From Microbotryum violaceum (taxonomy: Eukaryota): 64,000 nt of DNA. A program made the position numbers and the translations under genes. A model generated the notes under the pieces. The model was not told where the DNA came from and ran no database searches. It was given only the letters and a program-made list of their open reading frames with translations. The first letter of the stretch is position 1. Every line of letters starts with the position of its first letter. Location: the NCBI GenBank assembly GCA_001244265.2, contig CDLV01000005.1, positions 434,001 to 498,000 of the forward strand, in the 5' to 3' direction. Shown here piece after piece: positions 29,005 through 41,614 of this stretch.

Positions 29005-31778
29005 ATGTCGTCCTGTCAGGTTATCACCGGCCCCAGTCAGCTCACCACGGACTTCGCGACTTCTACCATTCCCTCGCAGCAGCTCGTGAGTGGTGCCTGT
29101 CTATCTAACCCTAGCGCGAACGTGGGTGCCGGGCAGGTGCAATGCGCATCCCACTTGGAATCCCTGTTCAATTCGGCCGTCGTTCCACTCGGCCCTCCTT
29201 GCGACGGCGCAGCTTATTCCTTGTGGATGGCAGACCCGTGCCATGGTTTCCAAATTTTGCTGTATCGAACGTGAATCTCTTGCTGACTCCAAATGCCATC
29301 TTGCGTACTGGACTCCAGATCACCGCTCCTCCGACGACGTCGACGACCTCATCCCCTGTCGTTACTTCGACCTGCTCGCAGCCCATCGCCATCGCCAATG
29401 TCTCCCTACCACTCACGCAATGTTCGACCTATACCTCCTATGTTACCGGCCAAACTGTTATACCCGTGAGTTTCTTTCCTGTATTGGCTGTGCGCCCTCT
29501 TACGAGCTCCGCCAGTGCATTCGCATTATGCCCGATGGGTCCAACCAATAATAACTCTGTGCCCGAAGCTAAATTCAACCTCCGAGGCCTCCGAGCCCAC
29601 ACTGCCCGCGCCAATTCAGACCCACTTTCGCCACTCCTCCGACGGAATCACTTGACTGTGCAATCGAATTCACTGAACTGACGCAATGGTTTGCTACATC
29701 CTTTCCTTCTCTCTTGTCACCATGCAATCTCGTCTCACTACGATTCGCTCCCTCGTTGCCGTCTCCGACGCCGATTGGTACGCCCCGTGCTCTTTCAACC
29801 CGCGTTCGGCCGCCTTGGCATCTTTGGGCTCCTCGAACCCCGCTCGCCGACCTATATGCTGCAACATTTGCCCGTCATCTGCACCATTGTGCGCACAAAT
29901 TTTTCTCCAACAGGGTGCTATTGCGACCTCGACCAGTTTTTTGACGTCTGTGTACTCGAGTGTCCGCACACTCCCCGGCGTCGTGAGCACGACGTGCACA
30001 GTTTTGCCGACGACTGCGGCACCGACAACCACGCCGACGATCGCTCCCTCCACGGCCCAGCGGACGACGACAAGGACGACAACGACAAGGACGACAACGA
30101 CAAGGACGACGACGACGACGCGGATTAGATCCACAAACATGGTCATTGTTCCTACTACGACGACTCCCACCACTACCGCGCTAACGACATCGGCCGTTGT
30201 CGTGGATGTCGTGTCCACCCCCGTCGTAATCACAACCGACGGCGAGGAATTAACCATCACGAGCTTCTCAACCCTTTTCGTCACCATGACGGGCTCGGAC
30301 GGGCAAGTCTCAGTTCTGACGTCCTCCTCCGGTGTACCGACGCTTAATTCGGCGACGAAAGGTACCGGCGGTTCGAAAAAGGTTCATACTGGCGCTAGTG
30401 AGTGCCCATATTCTGTCGCCGTGTCGACAAAGTGCGAGTGGCTGATCGATTGCTGCGCTCCGCGATCCTCACAGTTGCCGGCGGTGTCGTGGGCGGAATC
30501 ATTGCATTGCTTCTGGCCATCTTCATCTTGGTTGCACTAAGGAGAAAAGGGTGCTTCCGTTCGTCCGACGAGCATTTCGACGACGACATCTGGTCGCCGG
30601 AGGCGCACGGACAGGGAGTCGTCGGCATCAAGGCTCGGTCGGTCAACCACGACGACGATGACGGCGCTGACGTCGGCATGCACTCGGGGGAAATTATGAG
30701 CGAGAAGGAAGCGGAAGACGCGGCTATGGAAGGGTCAAGACATTCTTATCATGCTCGCGCGTCCTCGTTCTCGTCGGAACCAGTCCAACCGACGATTCGG
30801 CGCATCTCGAGCCCGACCGCAGGCCACTCGAATTACAACCGCGCTAATGAGCTGACACGCAGTGCATCGGCGGCGGCGGCGGCTCGAGTACGGAGAAGCG
30901 TTTCGGGTGTGAGCTTGAGTGGTCACCAGAGTCACGAGAGCTATTGTTCGGCGGCGCCGACACATCTGCAGTCACCGACATCGGCGGCGTACTACCAGTC
31001 GCGTCGCATGTCTCAACACGCGTTCTACCAGCAACAAGAGCAGCAGGCTCGAACAAGGTCGCCAACAAGCCCCACCAGCGAGTACGAGTACACAATAGGT
31101 CCTAATGGCGGCTACGAGAGGCCGATGGACCACCGCGTGGCTCATCGAAGAATAGCGTCGAACGATGGCATGTCCACTATGTCTCGACACGACTCGGTCG
31201 TCTCGAGGCATCAGTCGTACTCCAACCACGTCACCTCGCCGACGGAAGTCTCAAAACGACAGTCCTTTTCGAGCCTTCCTGTGTTGAACACCGGAGCACT
31301 CACGCGTCGCAACTCGACGGTCGCTTTGGGGAACAACTCGTTCCATTCTTCGTCCGATCATTCGAGCAATTTCGCCACCACCGGCTCGACTAGCGCCAAC
31401 TCACATGGTCACACGCATGGTAACTTGCGACCGTTGACCAGCCTGTCCCCTACCTCACCCACATATTATAAACCTTACGAGTTCAAGCGACCTCAACTCG
31501 AAGTGGTCGTCAGCGCGGGTGAGTTGCCCAACGACTCCTTGTCTTCGGGCGTTGTACCTTCGCTCCTCTCTTCGAATGGAAGCAGTGAGGACGCATCGCA
31601 CGACCCTCGACCACCAACCCCTTCGTCAGCCATCTTGCTCGACCCCCCTAGACCTGAGTTCTTGCAAGCCGACCGACCCAAAATGGAGCGATCGAGTTCG
31701 ACCTCGAGCGTTATCGCCCCGTCTCAATTCCTCGGTGCCCGGATCGTCAATGTCGACGAACCGATTGCCGTGACTTGA
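29005..31778 (+). CDS. Ser/Thr-rich single-pass membrane protein (Mid2/mucin-like surface protein)
   Basis: Thr-rich region with a CCNICP Cys cluster (ORF 29686..30540), TM segment VAGGVVGGIIALLLAIFILVAL followed by RRK, long Ser-rich tail (ORF 30402..31778); 5' exons uncertain. Confidence 0.65.
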
Positions 31779-32035
31779 GCCCCCAATCGGACTTAATTTG
31801 GAGCCTCGAGTCGGAGTACACAGTGCCGTGATTTTTGTTTTTTCCTAGAATGTAGTCTTTATTTGTGTTGTCCGATTTAGTACTCTTCCTCTGATAATCG
31901 TAATACACGATGGGGACTAATGCGAAGTAATTCTTCTTTTTGTTCGACACGTCTTGAAAGAGACATTGCTGCTGCAGGACTGGATGGTGACAGATAGTGG
32001 TAGGTTTGAGATATAATTGATACATGAAGCCCACC

Positions 32036-34257
32036 TCAGTGGTTACCGAACTCCTTTTCGAGCCTGTGAATGTCAAAAGGAAAAACACGAGTCAGCTCGG
32101 CTCACACCAGGGACGGAAGTGCCGACGGCAAGACTTGCAAGAACAATAGCATGTCGCCCCAGAGGTACCCTCCCGGTAAAGCCGGCGTGTAAAGCTGGTT
32201 TTCGGCCGTTGGTTGTCCGAGCCTGCAGAAGAGATGTGATGGCCGAGTCGTCAGCTTCCCGCAGTCCCTCAAGATCAAACGCCGAGATCCGCGGCTTGAC
32301 GCACATGAGAGCCCCCCATTCGTTGATCGCAATCCGAGGCTTTCCTTTGGATGGATCAGGACCTCCTATGAAATCACTCATATCCGTTTCACTCGTCTTC
32401 GTGACGCTATCTCCCTTGATGCGTTCATTGACCCTCGACAGGAAGGAGTTGAAACCCTTGGACTCCCTGGCGCGCATGAGGGAGAACTTCTTGGCTACGC
32501 TCGGCTGGGAAATGGTCTGGCGTTTTGTTAGATTAGGGTCCCTAGTAGTTGGGGAGTGGGCCGACGAGTCGGGTTCGTTTTCCCATTCGTGGACCCAGTC
32601 GGAGGTTACGTGGCCCGCCCATTGGCGGTTCAGGTCCTCGATGACTTTGCGTGAGACACGATCTAACTCCGCCACTCGGCCAAAGGATGTCGCATCGAAG
32701 AATGGGGTCTGCTGAAGCGTACGCCAGGAAAGGGGAGTTCCAGGGAACGATTCGGCCAGGTATTCGAACGTATCCTTCAACCGTTGCGAGTACCATGCTA
32801 GGCGAGAAGCCGAAAGCGGGTCCAGATGGCTCTTCTTGGCCAGTTCGTCGAGGACGGAGAAGTGGCGCAAGTCCCACACACTCGAAGAGAACTCAATGAA
32901 GTTGACTCGACGATCGAGATTCCTCAGGAGCTTTTTGATGAGGTAAGAGATGCGATCTTGCACGTTTACTGCGCGAGAGGGGCATGGTGAGCAAGCAGCA
33001 GGGCGGCGCGCCGAATCCACCAATGGCTCACCTGGAGCATAAAAGTGTTGATCCCACAGGAGGTTCTCTCGTTCAGCCTCCACGCGGTTGATGAACCCAT
33101 AATGGAACACCGAGACCATCATAAAGTCGTAGTGTTCGACGTAACACACTGTCGGCCGACTCGGGACGAAGTTCGTTTGATTGGCCGAGCCAAGCTTTTC
33201 ATCGATGCCATTGTGGAATGGAGGCGGCGAGATAGGATGCTCGGGCCCGACTGAGATAAACTTGCCGCCAACAAATCGACAAAAGTCCTTGTTGTGCAGT
33301 CGTTCGACGTGATCGCCGACCAGAACAACGGTTTTGCCGAATAACCACGGCAAGGAGAGATCGTGTCGGAATGCTGGGCGTTGCTTTGGTAACGGTAGCC
33401 GTAAGGGCCGAGGCGGTTGATCAGCAGTGACAGCTCGAGCGTCATTGTCGATGTGCATGCGTAGTCTGGCCATCATGTCTGGTGCAGTGCACGACGAGTC
33501 GTACGGTGTCCATTTGTTCCCCTCGGGGAGCGAAAAATTCCTCCGGAGCCTCCCGAGTTCACCATACGGAGAGCAGCTGTCAATGGTAAGTGCAGGAGCG
33601 AAAACATAACATCAGCATGTTTTCTTGGGTCTCTGTGTTGTCACTCCCATTACCTACGGAGTCGGCACGAACTGTACCCCGTACGTCTCGAGTTTAGACT
33701 CAAGGGTTGACTTGAGCCCCCACGGGTCAGGCCCATCAATGGAAAGCACCCCAATTGCAGTCCCTATGAAAATGACGAGTGCCACGCTCAAAGCCCCTCG
33801 TAACATCGCTTTCGAAGGCCGGCGGTTTTGAGAACCCGGCGGCTTCGTTCCTCGGCGCCCAAGGCGTCGGGTACGACAATCGGCCGATCCAATTGCGCCT
33901 CATCGGGTCCTTGCTGGCGTCGAACGACTCCCTCGATCCGCTGGGTACCAGGGGGATCTCGAGCTCCTTGTGATGGCTAGGGTATCGGTATAGTGGTGCC
34001 ACAGGGGAGGATCCAGGGTGGCGGCTGTACTCGCTCGCGTCACTGCGGAAGACCGGGGCAGCGAAGTCGGCCATCCCCATGCTAGTATCGAGCGACGACG
34101 ACCGTCGCATGTACGTAGAATCGGGCATGCGAGATGCATCGTGATTTGGCGATCCCCGTCTAGAGGTACTGCTGAAGGTGACAGATTGTTCGGGTCGGGT
34201 CGAGACGCGTGTCGTGATGGGAATCGACAGTCGAAACTCGGACGCGCCAGCCACCAT
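32036..34257 (-). CDS. Second CAP64/CAS3-like SGNH-fold protein with degenerate catalytic motifs; 5' end ambiguous
   Basis: CSPY...W.PYDSSC, VVLVGDHVERLHNKDFC, SSSVWDL, LSWRTL, PGGYLWGDMLL align with the paralog at 18413..20327. Confidence 0.72.
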
Positions 34258-35803
34258 GGCTGCCGCCAGTCAAGTGGGGCCCCGAATCGCGAGCAGAATC
34301 CCGAGGTCGAGTCGGCGAGCACTGGCTAAAGGCAAGACACGGGTAGTGCACGACCGGTGACGTGGACGACGACGGGGTGTATTGACAATCAGAAGTAAAG
34401 GTGTGGAGAGTACCACACCAAGTCCAAGTCTCGGCGTCGGACCCCAGACTCTCAGATTAGAAACATTTTTGGCCGGCTCCAGTGGCGCGGAAGGCCTTCG
34501 GCCCCGATACACAAGCTAGCCCAGGGCTCCAGCCGGGCTGCACAGTTAATCCAGGCTCCATGTACCTGCACAGGACACGGACCTCAAGCGTTGTATCTAT
34601 GCTTGGCCGCGCTCCCTCGGCGTGTGAGGTCAAGCCACCGACAGCGACCAGCTCGGGGCGCGAGCGGAGGAGCCTGGGTCGCCTCCCCCGCCGAAAAAGG
34701 AAGTTCTTCGAGCGCCCCGCCCAGCAGGTGATTAACTGGCCTCCCCGGACCGGGAAGGGCGCGATCCCAGGTTATTGGCGACCGTGATCAGAGGTCCGGA
34801 TGTATAAAGGGGGATGCTGAGCTACGCTGTGTCTGTTTTCCGGCCTGGTGCAAGCCCAAGCTCCTAAATGCGCGCGAATCAAACCCTGGAATCGCGAGCT
34901 CGGATTTCAAATCCAACAAGACCACGTCACGCATACTCACATGCGAGAAGCGAATGAAGCCCTTGCCACTCGAGACGCGACGGAAGTGGGCTCGCTCTTC
35001 TTGATGGGCATCCGACCCGACAGACGCTTTATCGGAAAGAGTGAGAGGGTCGTCGAGCTGGGTGCGTGCGAGGGTTCCCACCCGTTCCGGCCCCGCCGGT
35101 CTCACGCTGCAGGTAGATGATGAACATGACTAACGCGTGCCAGCGGTTCTGGTTCAAGCCCAACTCTTTCCACTTCGTCGGCGACAAGAGCTCGAGGCAT
35201 CGACCGAGCACGCCGACAGGGGGCGAAGGAACGAGAGCCTGTAGGGCAAGCCTGGGGCGAATTGGGGTGTTGGAAGGCTAGTGTGGGACTTGGGACTTGG
35301 TGTGTTGAGAGCAGTCGTAGGTGGTCGCTGATGGTCAGAAACCGAGAGATAGGGTGGGCGATTGGGTCCGCGTGCCCACCCCGCCCCACCGCTGGCGCAC
35401 TGTCTCCTGTCCGAAATTGATTTCGGGCGAAGGACGTACACCTGACGATCGCTTCCGCATAAGTGAGACATTTTTTGCCCACGATGTTTATTTATGCAAG
35501 GTGCGCTTGTTGAGTAGAGCATTCGTAGCGATCATAGCAACAGAAAGTCGCCTAATCTCAGTCACTTTACTAGGTGTATCATCTGACCAGATCAATTCTT
35601 GAGGCCTCTATGAAAGCGAATCGATCGTTCTGTCGCGAGCTCGATCTGAGTCGCACTGGTAATATTGAATGGCATTCGAATGTCGTTTGACTGAATTGCT
35701 CACGTAAATTCATCTAGGCTATAGTATGGTATGCGTAACAGATACAAGGATACATGTAGGGGTCTGCGTACACGGTACAATGGGGAAAAACACGAAAACC
35801 TAA

Positions 35804-37896
35804 TTACGAAACGAATCGCGTCGGACCTTGGCGCCAGGCCTGTGTCCTCAACGCACCGACAATACTCTTGGGACTTCCTTTGGTGCCGACGAAACCTTTT
35901 GCCGAGCTGTGGATGACACCGTCCATGATCTCGGGCGACCACGCTCCGAAGCGTTGAACGAGCTCGAGATCCTCGTACTCGAGTAAGGTCCATCCGAGCG
36001 AGGCCAACTCGCCGCGAAAGCCGAGGTCGGAGATGTCGGTCGAGACAAGGACCGAGAGCGACTTGGTGCTATGGCGATGCTTTCGGTTCTTACCCGACTT
36101 GTAGCCGGCTACAGCGAGGTTGCGCACCTCGTCGACGCCTTCAACGTACTTTGCGATGCTCGGCTCGCATTCCTCCGGTTTTTGTTCGAGCTCGCAACGT
36201 GCCTTTTGTGCGGCTGCGGAAATGTGAACAGAGATGTAAGGGCCTCGGTGCCCAAGAACGAAAGAGGCGATGTCCATCGCGGTCTCTTGTAGCTCGGCAG
36301 CAAAGTAGAGGTGACGTCCGTGCGAGAAGAAGGCCGTGTAATCCTTTGCCTCGATCACATCACTCGTGATCGTCGTCGAGGGGTGATCGGGTCGGTACAA
36401 AGAAGGGTCGATGCACATGACTTGGGCATCGGGAACCGTATGCTTGTGCCCAATGAACGTCTGGGCTTGTTGGGAGAAGATAGCCTGTTGCGACAAGCCG
36501 GTCTGAGCGGGGACGTCGTTGACAAACTTGTTGAGGAAGTCGTGAATCCCTGAGGCGATTCCAGAAGCAACAGGATGCGATTAGCCACATAAATTGATTA
36601 CTGTGACAAAATTCTTCGCCTCCCGACTTACTCGGAATTGAGTCTCCCTCGCCGGCCGAGTTCAACACATGGCCCATCGAGTGGATCGGAAAGAAGGACG
36701 AAGCCAAGCCATTGATCATCATCGACCTTGCCCTGGAGCTCACGTCGGCGAGGATGGACGGGGCGACCCAGCACCCTAGAGATTCGACCGAGTCCCCATC
36801 GTGGGGCCGGATCTCGTCATAATCGATGACCTCAACGTTCGTAAGCTGCTTAAAGCGCTGCAGATCGAAGATGCTCGAAAAGGGGACGGTCGACGGCCCA
36901 ACCGCGGTCCCAGCCGGAAGATTGAAAGGGGTGACGATGACAGAGCGGGAAGAGGTCATCGCGAGGTGCGCGAGATGGTATAAGTCGATGACTTGGAGTG
37001 CTGTAGGGAAAAAAAGTGCGGTATATGGTGCGAGGCGGGGGGGTCAGTCCGGTGGTCTCGCGGGGCAATGACGTCAATGGTGAGCACTAACCCAGTTCTC
37101 CTTCATTCGGGCTGATCAAGTGTTGGGACCCTGGTCGGAGCTCGTCCCGAAAGGAGGAGTGTTTCTTCATTGTTGCGGCGACCTGTCCGGGCGTAGCGAA
37201 TATACGAAGCGCGAGTCAGCTCGGTGGCTGCGGGCACTCCGTAGGTCCTCGGAGTCCAAAGCCAAGCTCGGAGGTTGAAAGCCAGCTTACACTCATAAGG
37301 GGTGCGAACACCGGACCATTCGCAAGTTTAATCGGACTCATCATACTTCTCAGCTCGGCACCTCTCCCACGAGGGACCATGGTGAGGTACGCGCAGGCGA
37401 GAAGCAACACGATCACGACCAGTTTGAGGGCATTCGCGTTGTCGAACCAGTTCGTGGTCGGTGGCCGGCGCTTCTTCGAGTCGGGGTCCTGCTGACCGGA
37501 TGTCCTCCACTTCAGATTCAATCCAGCGGTATCCTTTAGCTGGGGGAAGAGCGAGCTGCTTCGGCCAGCGCTCTTGAACGGATGAGCCGATGCCGAGTAT
37601 GGCGGTGGCGCGCACTTGGGTTCGGACAGCGCAAAGTAGGAGGGGCGGGGCGACACCGAGCGCGCCATCGAGGGGCTCCTCCCGCTCGCGGACGAGGTCG
37701 GAAAGGTATAGTAGGTGGCCGGTGATCCCGCTCCTTCCTCGTGCTCGCTGGTAAAGAAGACCTCGCACAAATCTGGTGTCCCCGGCGGTGACGGCAGCGG
37801 CGAGGGGTGTGCTCGTCGTATCCGGGCGGCGCTCTGCACGATGGGATTCGCGGCATCGCCATTCAGCGTCGCATGGGGGCGTCGGTAGCCTGGCAT
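35804..37896 (-). CDS. O-fucosyltransferase-like (GT-B fold) type II membrane protein
   Basis: TM LKLVVIVLLLACAYLTMV; VPFSSIFDL..F, YISVH, VLVSTD, IMDGVIHSSAKGFVGTKGS follow the O-FucT family layout. Confidence 0.62.
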
Positions 37897-38583
37897 CGTG
37901 ACCGCACAGGTGTGCAGCTTGTAGTGATCGGTAATCGTGGCAACGGCAACGGCGGGAGACGGTGTTGGAGGGCCCGAATGTGACGATGTGCTGGACCGGG
38001 ACCAAAAGGATAGGGATGTGGCAGGACAGCAAGCGGAGGAGACTGCAGGCAAATTGAGTTGAGGAGGAAGTGAGCTGAACTATCGCCGGGCAAGCGAAGG
38101 TGACGGCCGCCTTCATGAATCGTCACACTGGCGCCCACTTCTGAAACACGGCCTAGACGAAATGACTTTAGCGCCAGGCCCCGCCTGCCGCGGGGCCTCC
38201 GGCGCCCGCCTGGTGGCGACGACCCGCCGGACGTAATGTCTCAGACATCTCTCAGGCCCGATGGCCCCACCGCCCGGTGATCGGTGATCAGTGCGGCGGC
38301 GATTGGTTCTTTTGGGCTTGCGCTTTTCTGGACCAATTTTTAATCAGACCCTCCCATTTCGAAGCCACGATTCGACACGAGGAAGGCTACGATCGCACAA
38401 GTGAATTAATTACCCTGTCCTCATGCGTATGTAGGCGTGACAATCACCGGCTGATCTTAAAATGGTATATAGGTTGTCCTCCGGCGAGCCTGTCCCACCG
38501 TGCATCGCACAGCTTTGCTCGATGAGCTGGATATGCGCACTCACGAAGCCAACACCATGGACCTCGAGCTCAGATGCGTGTCA

Positions 38584-38588
<5 letters not shown>

Positions 38589-38625
<37 letters not shown>
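38589..38625. repeat. 37-nt poly(T) tract
   Basis: Directly visible homopolymer. Confidence 0.95.
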
Positions 38626-38627
<2 letters not shown>

Positions 38628-40206
38628 TCGCTATGATGTTGTGCCAACAGCTCCATGCAGGCATTACGGACATTCCAGTACGGTCGATCATTGGACTCTG
38701 TTCTACCCAAAGAACGAGAAAACAGAGAACAGACGGTGACCAGTCCGTACCGCTGTGCAATGTGGCTTGAATGTGCACGTGAAAGCAAAGAAAAAGTGAA
38801 CACAACCAGCCCACAGCCCCAATTTATCTCCATCATTCCTATCTGTCTGACCTGTTGCAACGTGTTGCAAGCTGAAGAAAAGGCTGGCAGCAGACGACGA
38901 TGTCACTGGAGCAGCGACTCGCAAGCCGTTCGAGCAGAGGGCGAAAAGGAGAACTAGTACTAGGTTGTCAAAGTTGGTGTGCATGATACTCAGTCTTGTG
39001 GCAGAATTGTTGATTACCAACGCACCAAATATACCCGCCATGACGTCTTACGCTGCGGATTGGCGGACAAATAAACCCCCTGAGGCGCAAGGTCCCGAGG
39101 TGGAGCTCGAGGTGAATGGCGTAAGCGAGAGGAGGACGTTGGAGTGAAGGCGAGGTTGACGGTGGCGAGGTCAAACACAAACAAGGGCATAATTAAAGGA
39201 GGTTATGTCCAAGCTGGATGTGTGAGGGGCAGGGATATACGTAGAGGTGAAGGTAAGGGATGAAGGTGGAGGTGATTCGAGGTGGAAGCGAAGGTGATGG
39301 TAAGGGGGCTTCAGGGTGATGGTGAAGACCAGTCGGCTGCGGAGGTGATGATGGGATGGAGGTGGGGATGAAGATGGTTTTGTAAGGGGACGCGGATGCA
39401 AAGGTGAAGGTGAGAAGGTGAAAGCAATATCAGCTCGAGTCCGTCGCAATCGCCAGGTCACCGAGGTCACCAACGTCACTCTGACCGGCTTCGACCTACT
39501 TCGTAGCAGTCGCAATCATTCAAGGAGTGTTCTTGATGGTTGTAAAGCTTCACTGGTATCATAACGCGTCTGATCGTACTGCCCTGATTCCGAACGACCG
39601 GTTACTTGTTATGTCCCTTTATGGCTCAGACTCGGAGTCATTCCCAGGGGTTCCGATCGAGCTGGTGAGCCAGCTGCGGGTTGGCCCCCTCAACTTGTTC
39701 ACGTCCGACACGACGAACACCTCGGGTACTACCGTCTCACGCCCTCAGACTTGCGGGTCTAGTTCAATCCCTCACTTGAACCCCCAAACATGACGATCTC
39801 TCACGGCCACGAATGACTCGACCAAGAACTTGGCGCAGTTTCGAAAGCCGTTTTGGGCCAAGATCAAGAGTGCGTCAGGCGTTGGTTTCGCTGGAGGGCA
39901 CCATCAAAGGTGAATCCGACTCCAGTCTATGACAATAAAGATCTGACTCTCTTCCATTCCATTATATCTTTTAAAATAGACATTTTTTCTATTCAAACGC
40001 CCCAAACCCAGCCTTACACATCGGCCCCGCCGAAGGTCAAGTTTGGTCATGTCGGAGTAGAGACGCCATGTTCACGCCGGCTGTAGACTCGGCAGCCGTC
40101 TTCCTTTCTATCTGAACAGTGGCAGGCTAGAGTAATTGTCTGGATAAGATTTGCGTCTGATCAATATCTACATCACGACCTTCATCCTTGCCGTCTTCCC
40201 GCGCTA

Positions 40207-40431
<225 letters not shown>

Positions 40432-40479
40432 TCAGTGAGCTAGCATACTACACATGTGAGAAAAGGGGCACCCACCTAG

Positions 40480-40638
<159 letters not shown>

Positions 40639-40771
40639 TCGGGTCAGTGAGCTGGCGAAAGCCAAGGGAGGTTCTAGGCGCGCGCAAGCTATTCAACTAA
40701 GCCAAAAGTTCTATCGCCTTCCATTGTACCTCGGGTAAAGGCCTCAGGCCTTGCACCCTCCCCCTCCTGAA

Positions 40772-41614
<843 letters not shown>

